A DNA stretch of 64,000 nt from Botryllus schlosseri (Eukaryota), in the NCBI GenBank assembly GCA_051294905.1, contig CM119379.1, positions 11,036,001-11,100,000 of the forward strand, given 5' to 3'. The notes beneath the pieces are model-generated. The model was not told where the DNA came from, made no database searches, and saw only the letters and a list, made by a program, of their open reading frames with translations. Below, piece by piece: positions 50,637 to 63,787 of the stretch. Position 1 is the stretch's first letter, and every line of letters begins with the position of its first letter. The translations under genes and the position numbers were made by a program.

Positions 50637-53600
50637 TAGGGTTGGGACTTCGGGATCAAATTTCAAATCCCGGGATCGGGATTTCCCGGGATTTTCGCTC
50701 CTCAAACCCGGGATTTACCGAAATTGGCAAAGTAGCAAAATGCACATACGACTACACAGACAACATTTATTTCGTGTAAGATTGACGCAAAAACATGCTC
50801 CCGTGAATACGAATGAAACGCAGCGATCGAAAGCCACCCGGATAATGAGCGTTTAAATTCATGTACCGCCTGCTTCGTGTAGGAGTTGATTTGTCCAACG
50901 TGATTGAAAAACGTCCATCATTCCGTTACATTGCCATAAGCTCTTCCTCCATACACTTGCGGATTTTTTTTTGTGCTCGATCACGAAGTCCCGAACCCGT
51001 TTGTGACATCTTGGCAAGTTATAGCCGTCAGCCTTTAAGGCCCGACGAATTTGCTCACTTTGGAGCAATTTATTTAAATGCTAGCCCGTCCACAGCAGTT
51101 ACCTGGCTAGAAAGTTCATTGAACCGAGGATTATGAGATTTATAAAAGGAATGATATTTTTTTGACTTGCCCGACTGAGTCGTGCGGGTTGATTTAATTA
51201 CTATCATGTGTACGGACCTTAAATGCGTTACCAGTCCCTTTGTGCTACACCAGTGGTTCCCAACCTTTTTCGTCTCATCGCCCCCTTATCAACCTCGACA
51301 CACATTTCCGTCCCCATCCCCTATCGCCCCATATTTACGGATCCGAAGAAGAGAACATATAGACGGGAAAGTCATTCACCTAACTACTTTGATCGCCAAA
51401 GAATTGAGTAAATAAAAAGGTAATTTTTCCGAGTAGGTGCTCCAAAAACCGGTTTCCGCCGTTATGTTGACCATTTTTTAGTCAACTTTGGCGTCGTATG
51501 CAGAATGAGCCACTGCTACGATCCGTAGACTACGACGGAAATGATGGTGCAGTTCATTTTATGCCATAGTTGGTTTTATTATCATATAATTGTGAATTGA
51601 TTTAGACCAGTGGTTCCCAACGTGGGCGATATCGCCCCCCAGGGGGCGATTTGTCGGTCCAGGGGGGCGAAAATAGCCAAGGGGGCGATAGGGGGCGAAA
51701 ACGGACGAAGGGGGCGATAGGGGGGCGATTGCGCGTTGAAATGGCTATATTGGCGTCCATGACCCCCACTGAGATGGGGCGGGGGCGAGCTCGAAGGGTG
51801 CCCACAATTTTTTCGTGAATTAATATTAATTATAGAGTATTCTTTTGGAAATTTCGGAAACTTTTTCAAAAAAATTTCGCGCCGCGCCCCATTTCGTGGT
51901 CACATATTTCTTACTTGTTGGATACTTTAACGAAATATATTGGTATAACGCCATTTTAATAATATTCAATAAGGAGTTGGTAAACCTTACGTATTTCCCT
52001 GAACTGAGACCCGATAAGACCTTTGTGAGTCGCATATTTTGTCGTGTGAACGTAGATAACAAAATATGAAATCGTACGGTGGTTTGTGCATGTACTCTCT
52101 CTCGTGGCTATGAGAGATATGCGTAGGTAATACCACGTAGAGACATTCATTCATACTATTTTCGATTGAGAAATTGGGAAGTACTGTTACGTTGCCGTAC
52201 GGGATTCAATAAAGTTACAAGTCGTGGAGACAGAAACAAAATATATTCGTCAGTGTGATCCATCGAATACGTGTGCAATAGACAGGCTTCGTGGTACGTC
52301 AGCCAACAAGGCCGTACGGCGTGGTTACGCCGGTTCGTCGAACGCAAGGGAACACGCTGCGAATGGTAAACGCAACCTTCTGGAGTCAGATAAAACACAA
52401 CTATAACATCTACAAACATTCTCTCTGCGTTATAGATACCCTTCCTCAAAGAAATAATGCGCATGAGGTATAGAAATGGGCATCTCGACGTCAGCCATTA
52501 TCACACCATGACGTACCAAGACATATGAAGTTTCACGCCATGTATAACATGCGACTCCGAGAAGTGTGCCAGAACAAGAAAACCTTGGCGGAAAAGGACT
52601 GCCTTTATGCTGACCGACTTCGATATATATACGATATACATATATATTAATTGTCCATAGGTGCCTAAATGGCTGGCGCCAAATGTTCCTGTCCTGGCAA
52701 TCAAACACCACAAAAAATGCCATCTCGCTGAGAAAAAAATCAATTGCCAGTGCAGAAATACCAATTTGAAATAGTGTGCGTCTTTTAGTTTAGTACGTAT
52801 GGGCGATTTGAATATCTTTTGACATAGCATACAAGCTACGAAATGTCATTACGTAACGAAGTCATTATACCCACGGGTCCGCCCAAATATGTTCAATTAT
52901 TATTTATGGGCCCTACATTTTCCAAGACATCTCACTCAGCTGTACCGGTAAATCTGAATACATGAGCAGAGAGAGGATAAAAACTTGACAGCAATATATA
53001 TGCAATTCCCGATCATATTGACCGATTGAATCATGAATGATAGAGATTTTTCGCGCTTGGCGCGAATTAAGCCGACTAACTAAAGAGTCCAACAATTTGT
53101 GCTGAGAAGTAGCGGTAAAGAGGTATCGGGGGAGTAGGGTCTGTGGGGTGCAAAAGTTTGCTTTATCGCCCTATGGAGGAGGGTCAAGACCAACGTATTG
53201 AAGGGGGGGGGGGGGCTGACGAAGTGCTGTTACGGTCCTTTGTGAATCAAGTCAGAGAAATCACCACTTTTGTTAGTCAACTCACCAAAATTTAGCTGGA
53301 AAGTCAACTCACCAAAATTAAGCTGGAAAAGTGTAATTTTGAGGTCGAACCGAAAAGCTGACTCTTTTCATTAGTCAACTCGCCGGTGATTTCAGTCTGT
53401 ATGCCCATTTTTTCGGTTCCCAATATTTGGGGGGCGACGATCGGTGTGGAGTTTGAAAAGGGGGCGATGAGTCGTAAAAGGTTGGGAACCACTGTTTTAG
53501 ACAATCAGCCGAGTTTGTAACACTGCTTCATTACCAAAATAAGAGACATGACGCTACGTAAGCCTTGGTAGATGATGTTCACAAATCCCGGGATTTCATT

Positions 53601-53675
53601 GCGATTAATCCCGGGATCGGGATTGCTTCGAATCCCGGGATCCCGGGATCGGGATTTCCCGGGGTCCCAACGCTA
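50637..53675. mobile_element. ATCCCGGGA-family hAT MITE with nested insertions
   Basis: Termini TAGGGTTGGGAC / GTCCCAACGCTA; perfect TSD TATACAAC at 50629-50636 and 53676-53683. Confidence 0.9.
51608..53494. mobile_element. Charlie-like MITE (GGGGCGAT motifs) containing family B copy 3 (~51765-53240)
   Basis: TIR CAGTGGTTCCCAAC / GTTGGGAACCACTG; TSD ATTTAGAC / TTTTAGAC. Confidence 0.75.
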
Positions 53676-53870
53676 TATACAACTTCACAGAAACTTCGGG
53701 CTTTCCTTACATAAATACTATTTCATTAGATTTGTGAGACAATAAATCTGCCCACTGCCGCATTGGGTCGAAGAGGTCAAGTACGTTCGCCGCTAACGAC
53801 TACGGAGGCGTAGAGGTGTATGCTATATACCAGACTATACAATGCATTTCCACGGAGATCGTGTAGCACG

Positions 53871-55189
53871 CAGAGGGGGTCAAAGTAGTCAAGAAAGCTA
53901 CTCAAGTAGAAGTAGAAGTAGCGACGAAAAAATCTACTCAAGTACGAGTAGAAGTACTTCTTCCATAAGCAACCTAAAACTACTTGAAGTAGAAGTAGAA
54001 TTGACTGACTTTAAAAGTACTCAAGTAAGGAAGTATTTGTGAAAACGATCCTAATTTGTTCACATGGATTGTATAAGGTGCAAATTGAGCTATGCGAAAG
54101 GTGACGAGCTTGATTCATATTGATGCATACCAGCAGGTATCCAATTTTCGATAGCATAGGCATTCGTCCACATCATGGGATGAAAATGATATGATTGATA
54201 TGGAAATGCGATACTTATCCTGTTTTCTCGAACAGCACGTTTTAGAAAATAGCATGATATGGCGGCATCCCCCATAATATAAGGTCCGTAGTTTAGTCAA
54301 AGAGCAATACGGAGCAGTTGTATAGGATACGGTGTAAACACTTTGCGCGACTAGTAAACGGTAATAGAAAATATGGTGGACCGTAAAAATGCTATATTCT
54401 GTAGCTTTATTTTCGGAAATTAAAGGCATTACTATACTTGCTTTTATGCTTCAACATGTATGTTATCAAAACAAAAGAACTGATAATAATTATAACTCAA
54501 AGTATATGATATTGGAAATTGAAAATGAAACATAAATACTAGTTCTAAAAGTGGAACACGTTTTTCAGGCCTTTAGTCCAGAAGGTGGTATGCTGAGACA
54601 GCTCTAAAACTAACAAAAAATGTCAGAGTCCACCTTTCCAGGTTAGGACACGCCATGAACATGCTGGACAATGTGATAAGTAAATGCTAGATTGCGAAAC
54701 ATCAGTTTCAAACGTTATGATGAGCCATATATACTGCGATGAATTCTTTCATATGGGCGAAGGGCGACAATGTGGTGTGAACTCAGATATATCTAGTTCT
54801 AGATGTCCCTTCGTGAACGGAATCACGCCAGCCCGCAACCTAAATTATATTCATCGATACTTTCCTGAAATCATACTGGTAACACCGTATCCCCTGTGCG
54901 CTAAGCGCGACGAAAATTCTGGGCTTTACTCAACTTTCATAGAAATTAAATGTTGATACACCGTGAAAACAGCCCCGAAATTCCTCAGGCTATCTTCCTG
55001 ATTGGAAGATTGAACTACTTCTACTTGACAAACTGAAAATAGCGAGAAGTAAGTAAGTAGATCACAAAATATTATGAAGTAGATGTAGAAATAGAAAAAA
55101 TCAGATCACCTTGAGTATGTACCAGAAGTAGAGGAAAACTACTTGAGTACTTCGAAAAAGTAGAAGTACTTCGTTACTGACCACCTCTG
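53871..55189. mobile_element. CTACTT-family hAT element, opposite orientation to 27899-31169
   Basis: Termini CAGAGGGGGTCA / TGACCACCTCTG; TSD GTAGCACG / GCAGCACG. Confidence 0.85.
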
Positions 55190-55357
55190 GCAGCACGCAT
55201 GAGGATACTATAGCCATACTTCAATAGCTCTACTGGCACTCACCCGCAATTTAATTGTACTTCCAACAAACCAAGCTTATAACCTCAGCGACGAAGAGGT
55301 TTGTTGACGAATAAAATTTGATGCACCTTACTTCTCAATTCTCATATTCGTCGACAG

Positions 55358-58300
55358 CAGTGGTGGCTTTTGGGGTAGGCGAGGTAGGCGGTCGCCTAGG
55401 GCCCCCCCTGGTTGATTTACGCGCTTTCGAGGGCCCCCCCTCCTCGGTTTACGCGCTTTTTCCAACTATTTCTCCAGTTTACGCGCTTTTTTTCAAGCAT
55501 TACCATTTTCTGAATAACCGCGGAATCCTTGTATCCATAAAGAATATGGTATTGTACCGTAATGACATCGAATCTCATTTTTTAGTAATCATTTTACGAA
55601 TAACCACAAAAATCCATGCGCCAATTTAGAATATGGTACCGTAAGCAGTAGTCGATCATTAAATTTCTGCGCTAGTTGCAAGAGCTCACTTTGATTTGAT
55701 GATCTCTATCTATTTTGCCATTAGCTAAAGGGCCCCCCCTCCTACATTTACGCAAATGTTATCATTTTGCAAATAACTGTGAAAATACATGTACCCATGT
55801 AGAATGTAATACCGCACACAGAAGTCAATCATTAAATTACTGCACCTGCTAAAAGCTTACTTTGATTTTATGAGGGGGGGCCCTTCTTCATTTACGCGAT
55901 TTTTGGTTATCATATTACGAATAACCGTGAAAATACATGTACCCATGTAGCATATGGTACCGTAAACAGTAGTCGACCATTGAATTTCTGCATCCGCTTG
56001 AAGAGCTTACTTCGATTTTATTAGCCCCCCCCCCTACATTTATGCGAATTTTAGTTATCATTTTGCGAATAACCGTGAAAATGTATGTACCGATGTAGAA
56101 TATGGTACCGTAAACCGTCGATCATTAAATTTCTGCATCTGCTAAAAGAGCTTACTTTGATTTTATGAGCCCCCCCCCTTATACATTTATGCGAATTCTA
56201 GTTGTCATTTTACGAGTAACCGTGAAAATATATGTACCCATGTAGAATATGGTACCGTAAACAGTAGTCGATCATTAAATTTCTGCACCTGCTAATAGAG
56301 CTTACTTTGATTTTATGAGCCCCCCTCCATTTATGCCAATTTTAGTTTATCATTTTGCGAATAACCGTGAAAATACATGTAGGCCTACCCATGTAAAATA
56401 TTGTCTTGTAAACGGTGTTCGATAATTGAATTTCTGTGCTTGTTAAAAGAGCCTACTTCGATTTTATGTTAATGAGGTCATATCGTAACATGGAATGAAT
56501 TATTATTGAGTATATATTTCCTAGTGGCAGCAGTGTATATTTCAGTGCATCAAAATTTTCCAGTATAAGTTTGTGAGATTCTACTTGCTAGCTCTTGATG
56601 CCAGCTTTCATATGATACCGTATGTTAATTGATAATGAACCGTGTCCACACTGAGCCTGAATATCCAAAATATCAAAGGAAATAGTCATTTGAAAGCCAA
56701 TGAAAGCATAGGCTATTATAGCCTATATATTGTTGTTTACTGAGCCATTCTCTTGACTCAACATATAAGTTGTGAATTTGGCCTTTTCTGAATGGAAATC
56801 CATTCTCAGGGTTGGCATGATGGTAAATTTGTTCATTTCTTGTCTGCGGATTAGCAGCGTATTTTCAAAGCTTTACCATGCTCAATGTGCACCCGGTACA
56901 GTCAGTCAGAAAGTGTTTATGGTGTTGTCAGAAAGTGTTTTTTTTATCACAGGTGGATGTCTTTTAATTGGTGGTGTACTATAGATAGATATGCAATACA
57001 TCTTGCATGCAGGAAAGTTTCTAGCGGCCTGATGCCTGATATTTTATGCCTCAAAAATCTATGTCGATACTTGAAAGGTTTGAATGGCTATCATTGAGAA
57101 AGGTGTACGAAAGGCTACATATATTCAATTTGTTGTGAGGTTGATAATTTAATGTGATGTCACAGAAAAAGACCAAATTGTGACCAAACAATTAGCAATG
57201 GAATCAATTTCAGCAGGGCAGAGGAAAGAATTAAATGATCACAAGGCAAGTTTTTGCAACTTTTTTTTTACAGCTTCTGGCAGCTTCCTTAATACTCGGA
57301 AGTTATGTAGTATGGTGTTTTAAGCTGTTTGGAGGAATCTTACATTGCGACTTTTCTTCATTTTTTCAAGCAACTTTTTGCAGCTTTTCGATTTTTCATG
57401 CAACTCACTTTTTACTGGAAATATTTGGTACTTTATGTAAATAGATCGCTTGATTATCATCACTGTCGTTTAAATTTGAGGTCATTTCTCAGTTGACATA
57501 CATTCAGGCTAGACCGCCGTAAATTATATTAGCCTACTACTGGGTCAATTTTTTCAGGCTATTGATTTTGTTGAAGGCGCCAACACTGAGTTTTGCGACA
57601 GTGCCTTGGATACGCATCGATTCGAGTATCTCATACCTTAATAATGTCATGAAACTTATCCATAAATGTACTTTTTTAGTGTAACTTTAGTGAAAATTAA
57701 ATAAAAAATAAATGCAACTTTTTACTTCAACTTTTATGAAAAATATGTGCAACTTTCCACGGATTTGACTGCAACCAAAATTTGCCCTAAGATCAGGTGT
57801 TGCATAAGACAATTTTGACCATTACACTCTTGAAATGGGCTACCAGTTCAATATAAATGTGACTCGGTAAACAGCATATTTAGTAAGGGGCACTCGTCAG
57901 TTGACAACCGTACCTTTCATTAGCTACGATGAGTTTGGTATCACTCAGTTATATGTTATGTTGTAATTGGTAGCATCAGTATCTCCTAATTACTGCAGTC
58001 AAGTATCTGTTACAATGCCGCGAGTACATGCTAAATGTAAGTCAGGATCTCAGAAAAGGAAGTGGTTCAGATTTGGAAAGAAAGTGACAATGCAAATTTT
58101 GAACTGCGACACAAATATTCAACCATCTATTTCAGCTCAGGAATGTTCTGCACAAATTGAGGATGATGCTGTTTTTCCACCAACTATATTGCCTTGTAGA
58201 CTTGAATGATGTAACAGTGCTTTCAAATACGTGTATTGTATTTGATTGTAGTGGTCTTTTGTCTATGCTAGTTGCGGCGTTTTAGGTTCAATCCAACCAG

Positions 58301-59227
58301 GCAAGTTCTTACAGACAAAATTTTTTTTTCTATAACTTACAATTTTTTCATTAGTGCGTGTTGTTTCGTGTGTGTAACTGTTTATTTACAAATTGCGCTG
58401 CTACTATAGTACCGTATGTCCGTATACTTCAAAGTTTGTTGTTGTTGTCATTGTTACAATGCGAATATCATGGTTTGTGATTTTGATTGTTGCGTCATAC
58501 TTTGCCGTTTTGATTTTGCTTTTAAATCAATTTAAATCCCTTAGGTGTGCAGTTAACTCTTGAAGAGAGGCACCCAAAAATTATCCGAGTTCAATAAATA
58601 TTATATTACAATGGATGTTGTATTGGAAGCTATATTCTTACAGATCATGCAACTAGCTCTTCACAGGTGATACCAGTACTGATGTGTTCCTGTGGTATTA
58701 CTGGTGTTGTACCACATTGCCGCACATTTTGCTTTTATGCCTTATCATGCAACAAAATCTACTTATAGCAAAAAGATAGGCCCAATCCAGCACCTGGCTG
58801 AAACCTTGACGTGGTGTGCTGGCTTATTACTAATGTCAGCCGACAGCTTTCCGGATTTAAGTGGTATATTTGGCGTGCAGTTGCCTTGTTATACTATTAT
58901 GTCATGCTACATCCCATAATTCTTCTACATAGGTGGGTCTGGACACGCGCTGTAGTTCACTCGAGTCACTTGTTTTCGAATATGCCAAGTCGATTATTGT
59001 ACTGTGGCATGACATTACAATTATTTTATATGCTGAAAGTTTCAACATGATGTACAGAGAAAGCACTACCGGAACAGTGTATACGTGGTGTAGAACAATA
59101 AATGTATCGTTAAGCGCTAGTGAGGGGGGTCTGGGGGGCGTAGCCCCCCAGAAGTTGCTATAATATAGATAAGGAGGGCCCCCCAGAAGTTTCGCCTAGG
59201 GCCCCCCCAATCGTAAGGCCACCACTG
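55358..59227 (+). mobile_element. 3.87-kb non-autonomous hAT element with a subterminal tandem array
   Basis: TIR CAGTGGTGGC / GCCACCACTG; perfect TSD GTCGACAG at 55350-55357 and 59228-59235; CGCCTAGGGCCCCCC at both ends. Confidence 0.9.
55500..56470. repeat. Tandem array, ~147-bp unit, 5 well-conserved plus ~2 degenerate copies
   Basis: Anchor TAAC(C/T)GTGAAAAT at 55774, 55922, 56070, 56217 and 56362 (spacing 148, 148, 147, 145). Confidence 0.92.
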
Positions 59228-59929
59228 GTCGACAGTAACACAACGTTGTGCTACAAGCCTATATTTTAACGGAACTTCCGGCACGATACCTAATAATCGC
59301 AATGTCGAATACCATACTTGTAATTCGAATTTGTAAACGCGAACGTCAATTCCGAAGCAGTTCATTTCTCGCTGGTGTCCAAATGTACCAACTTCACATC
59401 AAGCTCGATTTAGATTATTGATCGTTTGCTATAGACTAGAATTATTTTGCGCATAATTTCAAAATTTCAATAAACAAAACGCTGGCGGCACACTTGCGAG
59501 ACGTAAATGGCACCCTAGTGTGCCGCGGCACACCGGTTGAGAACCACTGCGCTAGTACAACGCTTGTGACCGACATCCAAGTATGTAGATCATGAACTAC
59601 TATGACGTGGCTCACGTGATCAGATTAACCCGTAGAGCTGATGGAGGGTGTTTTCGAAAATATTAGGTACAATATTAATGATGATGCATCTTGCGGTCCC
59701 TATTAATCATTTAGTTGCATGTTGTTATTTCTTGGCCTCCCACCAGGATTGTTTGTATTGTTATTAATAATATTTTATTACACATAATGGCAGTGGTGAT
59801 AATCGCCTGTTTAGAATTTGTGCGCCACGACAATGCATTTCCTAAAGTTTAGTATTTTTGCTTTGGGTAATGAGGACGACTTTTGCTTGCACGCGCACTC
59901 CCATTCTTCATTCTCTCTCGCTAACGTGC

Positions 59930-60120
59930 GTCCACTTTCAGGTCTTTGCTGCTGACTTTGAAGCTCGGTTAACTCTTCTTCTGTACTTTTCAAGACGCTA
60001 CGTTAAAAGGGGGTCGGCGACGAGGAGCCTAGATAAACCTCCGACACATAGAAACATGGCAGAACCGAGACTAGAACCAGCAACAATTGGTTACATAATG
60101 ACGGCCGCCAACGCACGCTA
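59930..60120 (-). mobile_element. tRNA-derived SINE family 2, copy 1
   Basis: Near-identical core to 62529-62600 (GAGGAGCC.AGATAAACCTCCGACACATAGAAACATGGCAGA.CCGAGACTAGAACCAGCAAC); B-box-like GGTTCTAGTC on the minus strand. Confidence 0.7.
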
Positions 60121-60744
60121 ATTTAAATATGTGTAGAAGATCGCAAAATTATGGTTATGCGGCTGAATGAGGCCGTACGTCCGCAGGTTGAGCACCCCTG
60201 ACGTAGCCGAAATAAGGATGGACATTTGAGCAAGGCTGCAACGTATAGTAAATGATAATACGAATAAGGGCTCGAGGTTACTGGACCACCATCTAACGCA
60301 GTGGTTCGCAAACTCGAGCCCGTGGCTGCGTAAGTAGGCTATGTATTCTGCACTATTCATAAGCTGGCCGCAGGAAGCACAAATTCAAAATTTCCGAGAT
60401 TTAGCGCTGGTTTCCTCGAGAATCATCAGACAGATACCGCAAGCTGAACACATGCTAACACCACCCTGCTCTACTCGAAAAGGAAGTAATAAGTCCATTA
60501 CCAAAGGTTGAATAATTAGAAACATTCGCTTATGACATCACATTGTACGATATTACACATCCAGTCATTCTGTTTTGAAGCATAAACTGACGTATTTTTG
60601 TGATGGCTATAGTCATCGTATCATCGGTTCATCATAATATGGATCTGGTACACCCCTGTACACCCCATCCGAGTGGTACACCCTTTGAAAATTCTGGTAC
60701 ACCCTCGGGTGTACGACAACCCCGGTTGAAGAGCACTGGATTAG

Positions 60745-61070
60745 TCAATCAAGGTATTCTCGATCACAAAATATTATGAAGGCCTTTCGAAAGACTTCTT
60801 TGACTCAATTTTGGGCAAATGTGCAGTCGATGAAGCAGAGTCTTTCAGAAATTTGCGAGCAAGCTGCAATAGCTCTTTTGCCATCTCCAACCATATATCC
60901 TTGTGTGAATCTGGCTTTTCAACTCTGACGATGATCAAAAGAATTAGCGCAATAGTCTTCAACCGTAAGATGACATCAGACGTAGGCCTTGACAACCATA
61001 ATTCCGGAATTCTATAAAATTGTCAAGCAAGTTGAAGGACAATGCTCTCATTGAGTGGATGTTGAGTGAA
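60745..61070 (+). pseudogene. Charlie/Buster-type hAT transposase C-terminal remnant, frameshifted
   Basis: Across frames: FRKTSLTQFWANV..EICEQAAIALLP.PTIY / LCESGFSTLTMIK / RNSLQP*DDIR / TTIIPEFYKIVKQVEGQCSH*. Confidence 0.85.
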
Positions 61071-62449
61071 AACATTGCTTGCTTTTTTCGTTGATTCCGT
61101 ATTAAACTATCTTGGATAGAAATAAAATAAAATTATTTTTCGGTAATACATAGCTTGAGTCCGCGGATATAAAGGCGAGCTTGAGATGAGTCCGCGGGTC
61201 AAAAAGGTTGAGAACCACTGTATAGCACAATCATGCTCATGCCGACATAAATATAAAAACGGACAACATGCAGCTCGTACCTACTTTGGCCTTAAATCAA
61301 GCTAATTGCAGGGGGAACCTGCCGCTCACAGGTCACAGGTAACAGGTCACAAATCCTACGATATATATTCACAAGCGTTACCGCATTTTCATGAATCAAA
61401 ATCCGGCGACTCTTTAGCGTCTGATAGCGGGATATAGAAAAAGGTATAAACTTATTGGTTAATATGACGTCACACTAGCAATGATTATCTGTCGATTGTA
61501 TACAAGAGTGGAATTTCCAACATGGTTCGTGAATTAACCAGGCTATTGGACCACCTCTAATTTGAGCTCTGGTGATTGCTAGGCTAGGTATTTTCTCATT
61601 TCGATTGCAACAGACTTCTCCACGGGTTAAATGAAATCGTCTGGCGGGTCGTATGTCTGATTGATGTTAGATTGGTGCAGTTCTGTGGTTGTGTGCTCAC
61701 CAGGACCGTAGCAACCCTTTGTCAGTCCCTACACCCCTTAAAACAAAGCACGCTGGTCTGGTGCCACCATAGGGCGATCGACACAACCTATGGGTACTTA
61801 CTATACATGCATCTAATTTCTAGTCGAGCCTGGCGCTAAAAATTGTTAAATATAGTGAATGAATTCTGTTAACAATATTGGTTCTGCCATATATTACTAT
61901 TAAATTTTGATCCCTTTCTCCGCCCACGTGATCTGAGTTAGCGGTAGATTTGGAGTGAGGACTTTGAAAATGCAGGACACATAATTCCAAATCATTATGT
62001 CATGTTCTTGTAACACGGATAACACTATTTATGGGCCGCAATATCTGGCATATCTGGCGCATATCTTTTTATGGTCGCGTCTCAATTCCCAATTTGAAAA
62101 TGCTCGGTGACCCCCCTCAAAGTTTAGTAAGCTAAATTCTAGAACGATAAGGTCACCGAATTGGTCCCGATTTATTCACTGTCTATTTTAAAAACTGATC
62201 ACGCGGCCTTCGCGATCCGTATGAAAAAGTAAGATCACCTTCAAGTCGAGTACCACTGTCTTTAATTAAAGCCGCCAAACGGCCTTAACAGACACTAGGA
62301 ATATACCGTTCTCCAATCATTGCGAATATACTTGGACTTCGTTTGTTTTGTTTTATTCACAACATTGGCCCTTATCGCCTATATGGTTATTTGCGCCCAG
62401 CAAATTAATTGCATTAACGCAATGTCTTTTGCGGTCTTGCTTCGTTTTT

Positions 62450-62642
62450 CTTGTCTTTAGCTGCCATCTTTCCCGAGTTCGGCTCTCTCTTATTCTGGGC
62501 TTTTCAAGGCGCTGTATTTACAGCGGGATCGGCGATGAGGAGCCCAGATAAACCTCCGACACATAGAAACATGGCAGAGCCGAGACTAGAACCAGCAACC
62601 ATTGGTGTCGTGGCTGCAGTGTTTAACCACTCGCCACTCGCT
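62450..62642 (-). mobile_element. tRNA-derived SINE family 2, copy 2
   Basis: Minus strand A box TGGCGAGTGG and B box GGTTCTAGTC; paralog of 59930-60120. Confidence 0.75.
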
Positions 62643-63327
62643 GTCTGTCGAAACGAGAGAGTAGCTCAAGAGAAAAAGAGCCAGACAGCATTGTTCAGCA
62701 TTGTTGCGTCCCAATGCCAATCTCCATAACAATGAAAAATTCGAGGCTGATTGTGGGAGTTCCAGGGCCACGAGCGGAATAAAATGTATATTTTCGTAAT
62801 CAGTGCAGAGTCAGCTTTCGATTGATACCCGTTTTACCAAATTTAATGCTCGGCAAGCCGGACAAAAATGACCGTCAAATTGCCTGTAGCCAAATGGAAA
62901 TTGTGACGTGATACAATTTCACTGAGGCGTGAGATTTGCCTGTGTCGACACCATATAGGACACTATGGTGTCATACACTTACCGCTCCGTATGGCGCACT
63001 AACAATAGGTTGAAACTATTCGATTTAAAAGGGGGCTTCCCAGAAGATACGACCACATACTCATAGGAAGCCCCTTGCAAGTCTCGCCTAGCAGGGCCAC
63101 TACTGCTTATGTTGTTATGTAAAAATAATGTATTGGACTGCGCCGCATGGACAATTGAAAATATAGTAGTTGAAGATGATGAGCGAGGGTTCTCGAAAGG
63201 AAACGGAATGACTAGTCCATTCTGGTTCAAATAAATTATAGACATGTGCTACACCCCTGATTAGACTGGATACATCCGTTCAAAAGCAATCGCTAAGATC
63301 AGTGGTTACAGTCGGTTCGGACTATAT

Positions 63328-63787
63328 TAGGCTTATCATACGTCCTCTTTTAAGATGATTTGTCCTCTTTTTTGACTTTTTTGAAAGTGTCCTCGGAGGA
63401 CGCCCTTTTGTCCTCTTTTTTGAGATTTTGTCCTCTTTTTTGAAAATTTAGGTCAGATTTAGAGGAAATTGCGAGTGAAATGTCGCAAATTAGCGCTGAA
63501 GTGAAGCTTCGGCGGGTATTTCGGAGGGAAAAGCGGTTATTTTAGCTCTGAGCGAAAAGAAGACTTTTTTTTTTTTTTTAGTCATCCACCTGGCAATGTG
63601 GAGAGAAAAACGTTATTTTGAGCTCTGAACGGAAGTGATGACCTTTTTTTATTTAATTTTTATTTTAGTCAACCGATCACGAAGTGGGAAAAATTTACCG
63701 GTTTTTGAGAATTCTTCTCCAATTTTGCATGTCTGAAATTTCTGAAAAAGTGTCCTCTTTTTACATTTCCAAAATATGGTAAGCCTA
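63328..63787. mobile_element. GAGGAC-family hAT MITE; its right TSD appears interrupted by another MITE starting at 63791 that runs off the window
   Basis: TIR TAGGCTTATCATA / TATGGTAAGCCTA; left TSD GACTATAT, right flank GAC then CAGGGGTTCTCAAC. Confidence 0.8.

Larger units (their letters stand above)
49548..61220 (+). mobile_element. Probable single Charlie/Buster-type hAT element inflated to 11.7 kb by nested insertions
   Basis: Ends CAGCGTTTCTCAAC / GGTTGAGAACCACTG, both with repeated GAGTCCGCGG subterminal motifs; 7-bp flanking duplication TATAGCA at 49541-49547 and 61221-61227; transposase remnant near the right end. Confidence 0.55.

Noticed and set aside
55500-56470. CRISPR array
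   Set aside because: Whole 147-bp units are homologous with no unique spacers; it is a tandem repeat.
62800-63245. Minus-strand two-exon ORF (GTAAGT donor near 62983, CPAC motif downstream)
   Set aside because: Only one junction, no start exon or homology, low-complexity peptide; insufficient support.
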